Source: a bacterium (GTDB taxonomy: Bacteria; DRYD01). From it: a DNA stretch of 64,000 nt. The DNA lies in assembly GCA_039630415.1 (NCBI GenBank), contig JBCNVB010000013.1:64001-128000 (forward strand). Reading direction: 5' to 3'. Below are positions 21,081 to 29,924 of the stretch, in pieces. The notes beneath the pieces were generated by a model. That model saw only the letters and a program-made list of their open reading frames with translations, was not told the origin of the DNA and searched no databases. How positions within the stretch are numbered: position 1 is the first letter of the stretch; the number at the start of each line of letters is the position of its first letter. The translations under genes were made by a program, and so were the position numbers.

Positions 21081-21584
21081 ATGTTAAAGGAAAACAAGGT
21101 AAATGAGTCAGAGGTGACTTTAGATAATCTATCTTTTTTTGATATTTTTCAGATACATAGATATTTGGACAATGTAGAAGTAGCGAGAAGAGCTTTTGGA
21201 ATTTCTGGTGATATTTCCGGTCTCCAGGAGAGTGTTTCAAAGCTAAAAAAAAGTATAATCTTTAATAGATCAAGCTTCAAAGTGATAAAGTATAATAAAA
21301 GAACAGTTGGCTTTATTCAGATTCACTATGAAACTTATGATCAGGTAAAAATAGGTATAGTTATAGGTGAGAGGAAATACTGGGGTAGGAATATTGGTAG
21401 TATTGCTTTGAGAAAAATGGTTGATCTTTTGTTTAGACAGGATAAGAATTTAAAAAAGATAAGGTTAGATACTGCTTCGTATAATACAATTGCTAGGAGA
21501 TGTTTTGAGAAGGTGGGATTTAGAGTATATATGGAAACTGAAGATAAAGTTTACATGGAGTTAGATCGTCCGTCAGATATATAG
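21081..21584 (+). CDS. GNAT N-acetyltransferase (RimJ/RimL-like)
   Basis: IGIVIGERKYWGRNIGS...NTIARRCFEKVGF. Confidence 0.85.
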   Translation: MLKENKVNESEVTLDNLSFFDIFQIHRYLDNVEVARRAFGISGDISGLQESVSKLKKSIIFNRSSFKVIKYNKRTVGFIQIHYETYDQVKIGIVIGERKYWGRNIGSIALRKMVDLLFRQDKNLKKIRLDTASYNTIARRCFEKVGFRVYMETEDKVYMELDRPSDI

Positions 21585-21647
21585 ATTCAAAGTCAAAAAA
21601 GGAGAGATGTTTTTGTTGTAGAAATAGGTAAGTAAGGGTGAATAGAA

Positions 21648-21735
21648 GGGCAGGTGGCCGAGCGGTCAAAGGCATGGGACTGTAAATCCCACGGGCGAGA
21701 GCCCTTCAGTGGTTCAAATCCACTCCTGCCCACCA
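21648..21735 (+). tRNA. tRNA-Tyr(GTA) with a long variable arm and encoded CCA
   Basis: Acceptor GGGCAGG/CCTGCCC-A-CCA, anticodon arm TGGGA-CTGTAAA-TCCCA, T-loop GGTTCAAATCC. Confidence 0.96.
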
Positions 21736-21748
21736 CCGTACCAACCCC

Positions 21749-22300
21749 ATGCAACAATCCCCAAACATTACTCTTACACCCATAGAAAGGCATAACCTCG
21801 TAACAATACACCAATGGCTAAAAGACAGTGATGAATTCTATTACATGACAGACTGGTTTTTCTCTAAACCTAATCTGGATGAAATTGAAATTTGGTATAA
21901 CTCCTTAATAAATAATAATCGCACAAAGGTATTTATGATATATTGCAATCACTTAAAAACTCCGGTTGGAATAGCTGAAGTATCTAGAATTGATTGGAAA
22001 AATAGACATGCATATCTTGGAATACTCATCGGTAACAAAGCAAATAGGAATAAAGGATATGCTACTAAAGCTCTAAAAATTATTATAAAGATGTGTTTTG
22101 AACAAATCAATCTTAATAAACTTTATGCTACAGTAATAGAATCAAATATTTCTTCGATTAAACTCTTTGAAAAGCTTGGATTTCAGAAAGAAGCACAGCT
22201 TAAAAAACATAGTTTCATAGACAATACTTACCAAGACCAAATAATATTCTCCTTGCTAAAAGAAGATTATGAGAAAAATAAAGATCTCTACAATGATTAA
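21749..22300 (+). CDS. GNAT N-acetyltransferase (SpeG/RimJ-like)
   Basis: IDWKNRHAYLGILIG..NRNKGYAT...NLNKL...NISSIKLFEKLGFQKE. Confidence 0.88.
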   Translation: MQQSPNITLTPIERHNLVTIHQWLKDSDEFYYMTDWFFSKPNLDEIEIWYNSLINNNRTKVFMIYCNHLKTPVGIAEVSRIDWKNRHAYLGILIGNKANRNKGYATKALKIIIKMCFEQINLNKLYATVIESNISSIKLFEKLGFQKEAQLKKHSFIDNTYQDQIIFSLLKEDYEKNKDLYND

Positions 22301-22553
22301 TGCTATAAAAGCAATAATTTCTATAATCCTTTCTTTTGCTATCTATCAACAGTATATAGAAATAAAAAATCTAGAACTCCACAATCAATCTGTAATTCTG
22401 GAAGTGTATGCAAAAGAGTTAAAGCTTGCAAAACTAAAAAACCTTTGGCATGTTTATAACCAGAAAGATTACCTCTACCCTTATATGGTAAGAAAATATG
22501 GAGTACTAGAAAAGGAAGGATATAAGTTGTATATTGTGGAGGTGGAAAATTGA
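22293..22553 (+). CDS. FtsB/DivIC-like septum formation protein
   Basis: One TM, a short coiled coil and C-terminal YLYPYMVRKYGVLEKEGYKLYIV resembling the DivIC tail; the next ORF resembles the YabR tail, consistent with divIC-yabR order. Confidence 0.55.
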   Translation: MINAIKAIISIILSFAIYQQYIEIKNLELHNQSVILEVYAKELKLAKLKNLWHVYNQKDYLYPYMVRKYGVLEKEGYKLYIVEVEN

Positions 22554-22708
22554 TGTCAAAAAAGCAAAATAAAAAGGAAACTACAAAGCAGGAGAATCCA
22601 CAAGAGAAAGCAGATAGAGAGTTTGAAAAAAAACTTAAAAAATTCCTAAGGGATAGCGCCCAAAATATAGCTCAAGCCAAAAAGAATATCGAAAGAAAAC
22701 AAAAGTAA
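22553..22708 (+). CDS. Small 51-aa basic protein resembling the C-terminal tail of YabR-type S1 proteins (missing from the ORF track)
   Basis: MSKKQNKKETTKQENPQEKADREFEKKLKKFLRDSAQNIAQAKKNIERKQK; GGAGG at 22538-22542; TGATG coupling. Confidence 0.75.
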   Translation: MSKKQNKKETTKQENPQEKADREFEKKLKKFLRDSAQNIAQAKKNIERKQK

Positions 22709-22725
22709 ACTAAGCACAAAAATAA

Positions 22726-23463
22726 ATGCAATCAATAAAAAATATTGATTTCATAGGTTTTACTGGTAAAACAGGCAGTATTATATTTGAATACCTAAAA
22801 AATAAATATCATTTCTCAAATTTGATTAACTCACAAAACTCTAAAGATTATATCCCTGCAGATAATACCCTGATAATTGATTTCTCAACCAAAAATTTTT
22901 TACTACAACTACTCGAGAGAATACAAAATAGACATTATTGTAAACTAGTATATGTTACAGGTGTTACAGGTTTTTCTTTTGAAGAATTCCAAAAAATAGA
23001 TCAGGTATTCAGGACTGTCAATATTAGTGGATACCATTTACCTAATTTCAGTGTCGGAATAAATTTAATCAATATGTTCGTTGGAAAAGTAGCTAAATAC
23101 TTTAATGAATGTGAGATAATAGAAATGCATCATAAAACCAAAAAAGATAAGCCATCAGGTACATCTATTCTTACCTCAAACAATATACTTCAAACATGGA
23201 AAGAAAAGGGGATGAGTAATAAGGTAAATATTCATTCTGTTAGGTTACCTTCACTAGTGGCTCATCAAACTGTAATTTTTGCAAATGATTTAGGTGAGGT
23301 TATAGAGATAACGCATCATAGTTTTTCTAGACAGTCTTTTGCTTATGGAGTTTATCTTTTAGTTGATAAGATCCTAAACGGTAATGAATATCATGTGGGT
23401 TTAAAATATAATCTCAATTTACTAGATCTTTTGGAATTGGATATAAGTAGTTTTATTCAGTAA
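22726..23463 (+). CDS. dapB: 4-hydroxy-tetrahydrodipicolinate reductase
   Basis: GFTGKTG, IDFS, PNFSVG, EIIEMHHKTKKDKPSGT, IHSVRL, HQTVIF. Confidence 0.9.
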   Translation: MQSIKNIDFIGFTGKTGSIIFEYLKNKYHFSNLINSQNSKDYIPADNTLIIDFSTKNFLLQLLERIQNRHYCKLVYVTGVTGFSFEEFQKIDQVFRTVNISGYHLPNFSVGINLINMFVGKVAKYFNECEIIEMHHKTKKDKPSGTSILTSNNILQTWKEKGMSNKVNIHSVRLPSLVAHQTVIFANDLGEVIEITHHSFSRQSFAYGVYLLVDKILNGNEYHVGLKYNLNLLDLLELDISSFIQ

Positions 23464-23968
23464 CTCCGACTTTAAATACGATGTATATACTTGATCCGTA
23501 GGGTCTGTAGAAGTCTACAGTAAATCTTGCATACCATGCTTCGGAGGAACTACCGTAGGTATCTCCTATACGTACTTCAAAATGTGTATCCGGGTAGTAT
23601 CTGTATATTCCTACGTCTACATACTCTACTGTATATGTGTCATAGTTGAAACGAGTATAGGTTCCCCAGTATCCATCATCGACGTATACTAATTTATCAT
23701 TATTCCAGTTGTCATTTGCGGAGAATTTTACGTAAGCTGTTTCTAACCATCCTGTGCTACCTAGCCATTCTATATCACCATTTTGCTTTTTTCTGAGTAC
23801 TTTTACATACAGGGATTTACTGTTTTGTTGATTTGATGTAGTAGATGTAGAAGAAGTATCAAAAGTGGGTATTGGTCCTATTCCACCGCCACCTCCTCCA
23901 CCCCCTCCACAAGAAACCATTACTAATACTATAAGACTGGCCATAATCGAAAGAAGTATGTATCTCAT
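23453..23968 (-). CDS. Lipoprotein with a poly-Gly/Ser-Thr linker
   Basis: Lipobox MVSC followed by G9; AAGGAGG RBS. Confidence 0.8.
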   Translation of the reverse strand: MRYILLSIMASLIVLVMVSCGGGGGGGGGIGPIPTFDTSSTSTTSNQQNSKSLYVKVLRKKQNGDIEWLGSTGWLETAYVKFSANDNWNNDKLVYVDDGYWGTYTRFNYDTYTVEYVDVGIYRYYPDTHFEVRIGDTYGSSSEAWYARFTVDFYRPYGSSIYIVFKVGVTE

Positions 23969-23991
23969 TTTTCAGTCCCTCCTTAATTAAC

Positions 23992-24189
23992 TTAATTAAC
24001 AGGATAAAATCCATCTGTAGTTGTAGTAGTTGTATCTGTTGTGGTAGTTGTACCTGTTGTAGTTGTTTGTTCTGTTGTTTGAAGTATATTGCAGTATGTA
24101 GGTAAAAATTCTATTCTTTCTCCTTTTCTACAGGAAATCATTATCGAAATAACAGAGCTAGCGACGAGTAATGGCAATACATATCTCAT
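23992..24189 (-). pseudogene. Short, probably decayed paralog of the 23453-23968 lipoprotein (signal peptide plus Thr-rich linker only)
   Basis: MRYVLPLLVASSVISIMISC versus MRYILLSIMASLIVLVMVSC; ends after the Thr tract. Confidence 0.55.
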
Positions 24190-24200
24190 TTACTATCTCC

Positions 24201-24254
24201 TCTGTCTATATTATTTATTTCTGTCTATTTATTTATTTCTGTCTATTTTATTTC
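24201..24254. repeat. Three tandem 18-19 bp units TCTGTCTAT(A/T)TTATTTATT
   Basis: TCTGTCTAT at 24201, 24220 and 24238. Confidence 0.85.
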
Positions 24255-24869
24255 GACACATTCTGAGTTGTAATTTAGAAAGTTATTTATGGGGATTGCG
24301 CCTACTATGAAATTGGCATTATCGTATGGTTTGGGATCGTTGAATGAATCTGTGATGATTTCTCCTTTATGTGTTAAAATTTGTACATACAATGGCATTC
24401 TTTCTATCCAGCCTAGCTCTTTTAGTTTTTGGGTATCTATCTTTAGCGTTATTTCGGAATCTTGGGGGTTGATTTCTGTTAATTGAATTATTTGTTTATC
24501 TTTTAGATGAGGTGTGTTTTCTGCTACCTGTTCTTTCGTTTGATCATATTTTATTGAGAGAGCTATTTCCCACCAATGGTCTGTAGCTCCTCTAATGTTG
24601 AATGGAAGAATGTATGTTCCATAATCCCTAAGGAAATCTAGGAGTACTACTACTGAGCTATCAGATAAGAAGGATTGTTTATCATATTTTTGGGTTTTTA
24701 TTTTGATATATATATTTTTATGTTCATCGTATTTAGCTGAGTATTTGATGAGGTCTCTTATTTCATCGTATCCATCTCCTATTCTATAGTTACCTGTCTT
24801 ATCTATTACTACTGTTCTAAAGTTATCTTTTTCTATTTGATTTGGACATCCTTGGACTATCCTAATCAT
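24243..24869 (-). CDS. Hypothetical protein, 208 aa
   Basis: Long ORF co-oriented with its neighbours; no recognisable family. Confidence 0.7.
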   Translation of the reverse strand: MIRIVQGCPNQIEKDNFRTVVIDKTGNYRIGDGYDEIRDLIKYSAKYDEHKNIYIKIKTQKYDKQSFLSDSSVVVLLDFLRDYGTYILPFNIRGATDHWWEIALSIKYDQTKEQVAENTPHLKDKQIIQLTEINPQDSEITLKIDTQKLKELGWIERMPLYVQILTHKGEIITDSFNDPKPYDNANFIVGAIPINNFLNYNSECVEIK

Positions 24870-24912
24870 GTTTCACTTATTTTTTGATTATTTTTTTGTT
24901 TATCACCTTAGT

Positions 24913-24929
24913 TGTAAAAAAATTGTTAA
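24913..24929 (-). promoter_or_regulatory. Direct-repeat box TTAACA-ATTTT-TTTACA
   Basis: Plus strand TGTAAA(24913)-AAAAT-TGTTAA(24924), about 44 nt upstream of the 24869 start. Confidence 0.6.
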
Positions 24930-24941
24930 TTTTAGTAAAAA

Positions 24942-25937
24942 TTAAATTGTTATCTGTTGGTTTTTAGTTTCAAGGGTTAGGTATTTGCTCGATATTATGA
25001 TAATGTTTTGTGAAAGTTCATTGAGTTTATTTTTAAGGTTTTGTGGTAGATGTTTTATGAAATCTAGTTTTGCAAGGAAAACAAGCGAAGATTTTAGATC
25101 GTTTATTTTTACTGCTTGATCGGTATTAGTTATTGTTAATAGATTTATTTCTATATTTTGTGATAGTAAGTATTTGAGGAATGAGTTGATTTTTTCCACG
25201 AACTCTTCGTCTTCTTGTTCATCTACTGATATATTGTTTATTAGGAAGAAGAATTTAGGTGATATGAATTCAGCTTTTTCTTTTACCACTGGTTTTCCTA
25301 CTTTTGCCCATTGTTTCCAAAGTATTTTTTTGATATCATCAGTAGATACATATTCTCTTACTGCAAAGAAATCTCCTTCTTGGCTTATTTTATACATCAA
25401 ACTTATGTTCTGTTCAGGAGCGGTGTTTATAAGTTTATGGTAATTTATTTGTGAGAAGTTTGGGTAGATATAGAGGTTTGCTTTTATTTTTATTATTTTT
25501 GGTGATATAAGCTTGAAAAATAGATAACATTGCACTGCTATTTCGATATTTTCACTAAATCCTCTTTTGATTCCAATTAGATCTATTGATACTTCTTTAC
25601 TTTTTTTGGGTTTGATGTAAAATAGATTCACCTTGTTTTGTTGTTGAATTAAGTTATTAACTACTTCAATGTTTGCAAACAGGATGGGAAAGATTGATTG
25701 ATTAGATATATTAATTTTGAGATTTATCTTTTGTCCTTTGTAGATTTGTTTTGGTGTGAGTTGGTATTTATCTATTGATATTTTATTAGTTGTTGCTAGG
25801 GGGTAAATTAATGATATTAATAAGATACAGAACATTATGATGGAAAGTAGTAAAGTTAGAGGAGAACCAATATTTATAGATATTAGTAAACACAATGAAC
25901 TTAGAAAGGCAGATATTATGTACTCTCTATGTCCCAT
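24942..25937 (-). CDS. DUF58 family membrane protein
   Basis: Two N-terminal TMs; GDFFAVREYVSTDDIKKILWKQWAKVGKPVVKE. Confidence 0.82.
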   Translation of the reverse strand: MGHREYIISAFLSSLCLLISINIGSPLTLLLSIIMFCILLISLIYPLATTNKISIDKYQLTPKQIYKGQKINLKINISNQSIFPILFANIEVVNNLIQQQNKVNLFYIKPKKSKEVSIDLIGIKRGFSENIEIAVQCYLFFKLISPKIIKIKANLYIYPNFSQINYHKLINTAPEQNISLMYKISQEGDFFAVREYVSTDDIKKILWKQWAKVGKPVVKEKAEFISPKFFFLINNISVDEQEDEEFVEKINSFLKYLLSQNIEINLLTITNTDQAVKINDLKSSLVFLAKLDFIKHLPQNLKNKLNELSQNIIIISSKYLTLETKNQQITI

Positions 25938-25939
25938 TA

Positions 25940-26224
25940 TTATTTTTTGGCTGTGGTTTTTGTTTTTAGTGGAATTGAAGCTACTAGGGATACTCTCTTG
26001 TTATCCGCTTTGATTACGAAGTCCATTTCTTCTGTTTCTACATCATCTTTGTATTTCGATAGTAATTCTATGAGTTCTTCTTTTAATTTTTCTATTGTAG
26101 TATTTTTTTCTTGTGATCTGTCATGTACTATTACTAGTTGTAATCTTTCTTTGGCTATTTTGGATGATTTTTTTTGTTTTTTGAAGATATTAATAATTTC
26201 TTCTAACCATAGTGGAAGAGACAT
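25940..26224 (-). CDS. minE: Cell division topological specificity factor MinE
   Basis: SSKIAKERLQLVIVHDR...LVASIPL; follows minD. Confidence 0.93.
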   Translation of the reverse strand: MSLPLWLEEIINIFKKQKKSSKIAKERLQLVIVHDRSQEKNTTIEKLKEELIELLSKYKDDVETEEMDFVIKADNKRVSLVASIPLKTKTTAKK

Positions 26225-26239
26225 TATATTCCCTCCTGG

Positions 26240-27055
26240 TTATTTATTTTTTTTGAATCCTACCAGACTTACGAATTTTTCTAGTAAGTTGCTTTGGTTA
26301 AATGGGTTTTCTATGGGTATGTTGGGTTCTATTATTCTCTGAGCTATATTGTGGAAATATTTGTATAGTGGTTTAGTTTTGTTGAGAGCTAGTGGTTCAC
26401 CGTTGTTTGTAGAGATGGTTATGTATTCATCATCAGGTATAATTCCTAGAAGTTCTATATTTAGTGTTTCTAGGATGTCTTCTATTGAAAGCATTTGTAG
26501 TTTTTTAACCATATGTTTTTTGACTCTGTTTATTATGAGTTTAGTTGATTTTTTTTGCATTGATTCGAGGTTAGCAATGACTCTATCTGCGTCTCTTATG
26601 GATGATAGGTCGGGTGTGGTAACAACGATGGCTTCTTCTGCTGCTAAAGCAGACATTTTAAAGCCGTGTTCTATTCCTGCTGGGCAATCTATTAAGACGA
26701 AATCAAATTCTTCTTTTATTTCATCGATTAATGCTTTAAATTTTTCTATTGGTACGTCTTCTTTTTGTTTTGTTTGTGGTGCTGGTAATAAGAATAGATT
26801 TGGTATTCTTTTATCTTTGATTAGTGCTTGTTTATAGCTTCTACATCTATTTTCGATGACATCTAGGAGATCAAAAACTATTCTGTTTTCAAGTCCTAGT
26901 ATAAGATCTAGGTTTCTTAGTCCTACATCTGCATCTACAAGTACTACTTGATAGTTCATTGTACCGAGAATAGCTCCTATGTTTGCGGTAACTGTAGTTT
27001 TTCCAACTCCGCCTTTACCTGAGGTAACTACTATTGTTCTTTTCAGCTTTTCCAC
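26240..27055 (-). CDS. minD: Septum site-determining ATPase MinD
   Basis: TSGKGGVGKTT, DADVGLRNLD, DCPAGIEHGF, SIRDADR; C-terminal amphipathic helix. Confidence 0.96.
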   Translation of the reverse strand: MEKLKRTIVVTSGKGGVGKTTVTANIGAILGTMNYQVVLVDADVGLRNLDLILGLENRIVFDLLDVIENRCRSYKQALIKDKRIPNLFLLPAPQTKQKEDVPIEKFKALIDEIKEEFDFVLIDCPAGIEHGFKMSALAAEEAIVVTTPDLSSIRDADRVIANLESMQKKSTKLIINRVKKHMVKKLQMLSIEDILETLNIELLGIIPDDEYITISTNNGEPLALNKTKPLYKYFHNIAQRIIEPNIPIENPFNQSNLLEKFVSLVGFKKNK

Positions 27056-27062
27056 GTTTTAT

Positions 27063-27854
27063 TCACTCCTTTTGATCTTTTATTATTTCCATTCTTATGG
27101 AGTTATTTTCGGGATAGAATAGGATGTTTGAAATTTCTGTTGTTTTTATTCGTTTTTTTATTTCTGATTCATCGAATTCTGCTATCATGTTAGCTATTTT
27201 TATTAATGGGTTTTTGAGTTTGAGTGTAAATATGAAGCAGGAGGGGTTGTTGGGGTATCCTGCGTGAGCTGTACCCATTAGTTTCCCTAGTATTATTATG
27301 TTTTTGGAGCTTCTGATTTCTGCTCCTGGATTCACATTTCCTATTAGAAGGATACTTTTTTGACTTTCTAATACAGATCCGCCTCTTACGTTTTTTCTAA
27401 AGATAACTATGTCATTATCTTTACTATCTTGATTATTATTTTTTTCTGTTAGATTAGTGAATGTTGGGTATGTAGTTTGTGGTTTGTTTTGTGGTTGGGT
27501 GCAGGTAGGGTTGGGAGGTATTTGAGTGCGTGGAGTAAGTTTATTTTGCGTATTTATAATTGATGGAGCGTCTATCGGGATTGAATATGATAAAGCCAAC
27601 ATTTTTGTTATGGGGTTTGTATTCCTTATCATGTCTATTGGTATGTCATATGAATTAAACATTTGAATCAGATTTTTAAAATCTGTTTCATTTAATCCTA
27701 TATCTCCCAGATCTAGTATGACTAGATTGTTTTCTACTATGTCTTTGAGTCCCTTATCTACGTATTCTTGAAGTTTTTGTTTTAATCTGCTTATTTCTTC
27801 TAGTTGTTCTATTTTTATGATTATTTTTCCTTTTTCGTGCTTTAGTTGAAGCAT
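27063..27854 (-). CDS. minC: Septum site-determining protein MinC
   Basis: VRGG...IGNVNPGAEI...IIILGKLMGTAHAG. Confidence 0.9.
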   Translation of the reverse strand: MLQLKHEKGKIIIKIEQLEEISRLKQKLQEYVDKGLKDIVENNLVILDLGDIGLNETDFKNLIQMFNSYDIPIDMIRNTNPITKMLALSYSIPIDAPSIINTQNKLTPRTQIPPNPTCTQPQNKPQTTYPTFTNLTEKNNNQDSKDNDIVIFRKNVRGGSVLESQKSILLIGNVNPGAEIRSSKNIIILGKLMGTAHAGYPNNPSCFIFTLKLKNPLIKIANMIAEFDESEIKKRIKTTEISNILFYPENNSIRMEIIKDQKE

Positions 27855-27859
27855 GTTAT

Positions 27860-28489
27860 TTAATTTGAGTAAATTACTGTTGTAAGTGGTTTAGGTAGGA
27901 AGCTTTTAAGGGTAATTATTTTACCTGGCCATTTTTTATTGATTTCTTCTAGTATTTCAATTAGTTTGATTGCTCTTTTTTTACAATCAATTTCTTCGAG
28001 GAATGTTTGCTTAACTTTGGGATTCAGTTTCATGATAGAAACTATGGTATCTGTAAAAGAGCATAAATTTTTTTCTTTAATTGATTTTTTGATAAGTTCA
28101 TTCTTTAGTTGAGGAATATAGTTATTTGCTAGGTTTATAATTTTTTCAACAAGTTCTCTGTATTCTCCGTGAATTTTTTCTTCTATGATTTGGTAGTTTT
28201 TAGTATATGGATATATATCTTCAAATTCTATTTCGATTATTTTAACTCTTTTGGAGGCTTTTAGCTGTACTATAAAAACGTTGAATGATATTCTTTGAAT
28301 ATTTACTATTTCGCATAAACAGCCGTATTCGCTTATTGTGAAGCTTTTTTCGTCCTTAATCATCGATGTTATGAATTTCATATTGGTTTTTATGTTTTCA
28401 AGAAGTTTGTCATCATTAATTATTACTCCTATTATGTTTCCTGGTATTATAACTAGATTTGACAATGGGAATATGTAAATCTTATTCAT
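27860..28489 (-). CDS. Stand-alone Lon N-terminal substrate-binding domain protein
   Basis: IFPLSNLVIIPG...YGCLCEI...KRVKI...KQTFLEEIDCKKR. Confidence 0.75.
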   Translation of the reverse strand: MNKIYIFPLSNLVIIPGNIIGVIINDDKLLENIKTNMKFITSMIKDEKSFTISEYGCLCEIVNIQRISFNVFIVQLKASKRVKIIEIEFEDIYPYTKNYQIIEEKIHGEYRELVEKIINLANNYIPQLKNELIKKSIKEKNLCSFTDTIVSIMKLNPKVKQTFLEEIDCKKRAIKLIEILEEINKKWPGKIITLKSFLPKPLTTVIYSN

Positions 28490-28561
28490 TTTCCTTTAGA
28501 ATAATTTTCAATTTTTATACTTTGTTTCCTTTCAGGTAGGTTTTATATTACTGGGGAGATA

Positions 28562-28578
28562 TGTTAAAAAAATGTAAA
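28562..28578 (-). promoter_or_regulatory. Direct-repeat box TTTACA-TTTTT-TTAACA in the divergent region between Lon-N/minCDE and the glycine-zipper gene
   Basis: Plus strand TGTTAA(28562)-AAAAA-TGTAAA(28573). Confidence 0.6.
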
Positions 28579-28657
28579 AAAACAACCTAATGGTTTTAAT
28601 ATACGTATTTGGTAGTATATAAATAATTTGAAAATAGCGAAATAGGAGGTGAAAAAT

Positions 28658-29320
28658 ATGATAATAAATAACACGAATATAAACATAAATTATGGAGTTC
28701 AGTTTGGACCAAATGTGAATAGAGCAGGTGGGTTTAATCCATTTGGGCCTATTGGTGTTGGTATACCACCTCAAATAGCAATGCAATTAATACTCGTACT
28801 GTTATTATTACTTCAAGCACAACAAGGAATGGGTAATCCACCTATATTTGGAGGTCCATTTGGAGGTCCATTCGGAGGTCCATTCGGAGGTATACCATTT
28901 GGAGGTCCATTCGGAGGAGGTCTTCCAGGAGCAGGAATACCATTTGTTCCTCCATTTACTGACCCGTATTCATCTCCATTTATAAACCCATTTTTTAATC
29001 CTCCATTTATTGCACCAAGCTTTACTCAATATGGAATAGCAGCAGGTAGTGCTGTAGGTGGAGCAGTCGGTGGAATGGTTGGAGGAATGATAGGTTGGCA
29101 AGCAGGAACTGCAATAGGAGCAGCTATAGGAACAGCAATACTACCAGGCATAGGAACATTCATAGGCGGAACAATCGGCGGTATAGTCGGTGCTATCGGC
29201 GGATCCAGTATAGGGCAAGCATTGGGTAGCCTTGCAGGCGGTATCCTAGGAGGAACATTCGGAGCTATAGCTGACGCCGGTAGAAGATTACTAGGTGGAA
29301 TAGCCAGAATATTTGGATAA
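28658..29320 (+). CDS. Gly/Pro-rich, Cys-free protein with PFGG repeats and a C-terminal glycine-zipper membrane region
   Basis: AGGAGG RBS before ATG 28658; GxxxG ladder GSAVGGAVGGMVGGMIG...GTFIGGTIGGIVGAIGG. Confidence 0.85.
   Translation: MIINNTNININYGVQFGPNVNRAGGFNPFGPIGVGIPPQIAMQLILVLLLLLQAQQGMGNPPIFGGPFGGPFGGPFGGIPFGGPFGGGLPGAGIPFVPPFTDPYSSPFINPFFNPPFIAPSFTQYGIAAGSAVGGAVGGMVGGMIGWQAGTAIGAAIGTAILPGIGTFIGGTIGGIVGAIGGSSIGQALGSLAGGILGGTFGAIADAGRRLLGGIARIFG
28847..28921 (+). repeat. 12-bp coding tandem repeat (TTY GGA GGT CCA)n encoding FGGP
   Basis: About six near-identical units. Confidence 0.9.
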
Positions 29321-29353
29321 AATACCCAATAACCTACAACGAACAGATAATCT

Positions 29354-29388
29354 AAGGGGGCTGGTAAAGCCCCCTTCTTAATTTTATT
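29354..29388 (+). terminator. Intrinsic terminator after the glycine-zipper gene
   Basis: AAGGGGGCT-GGTAA-AGCCCCCTT followed by a T-rich tail. Confidence 0.8.
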
Positions 29389-29462
29389 ATAATCCAAAAA
29401 ACTCAGCCAGCACCTACACAATAAACCCTTTATACTTTTTACTACTTTAAATCGTTAAGAAA

Positions 29463-29897
29463 AATGGAATTCAGTTTGGTACTGGTATAAGTAAACTTCA
29501 GGGCTTAATCCCTCTGCACCCATTGATTTTGGTTTACCAAATCAAGTAGGAATGCAGTTAGTATTAGCATTGTTATCACTACTTCAGGCACAATCAGCAT
29601 TAAATCAACCATCTATATTCGCAAATATCTATACCTACACCATTTAGTGGTGTTCCATTTGATACTCCAATAGGAAACCCCCTTATGGGACAGCTAGGAA
29701 TTATAAGTCCATTTCTACGCCCATTTTCTGATCCTTATTCATCTTAGCTATGATAGGAAACAGCACCTATAGCCGGCTTTGGACCAAGAATAGGTAGAGC
29801 AATAGGTAGAGTAGTAGGTAATGTGGGTAAAGTGGGTAAAGGTGTAGTTGGTATAGCTAAAAAAGTACTAGGTGGAGCACGCAAAATATTTAGATAA
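29463..29897 (+). pseudogene. Frameshifted paralog of the 28658-29320 gene
   Basis: Fragments NGIQFG, NPSAPIDFGLPNQVGMQLVLALLSLLQAQ, PFSGVPF..PFSDPYSS* and IAKKVLGGARKIFR* align in order with the intact gene. Confidence 0.85.
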
Positions 29898-29902
29898 AAT
29901 TA

Positions 29903-29924
29903 AGGGGGGTATATTAGCCCCCCT
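29903..29924. terminator. Hairpin after the pseudogene, overlapping the stop of the convergent S41 gene
   Basis: AGGGGGG-TATATTAG-CCCCCCT, similar to the 29354 hairpin. Confidence 0.6.

Noticed and set aside
24201-24254. Possible mini-CRISPR
   Set aside because: The units are contiguous 18-19 bp tandem repeats with no unique spacers, and there are no cas genes in the window
21648-24254. tRNA-Tyr as the integration site of an island
   Set aside because: No integrase and no duplicated tRNA 3' end seen; the downstream genes (divIC-like, dapB) are housekeeping
29026-29421. 131-aa Pro/Ala-rich minus-strand ORF
   Set aside because: Antisense shadow of the glycine-zipper codons, and it runs across the terminator
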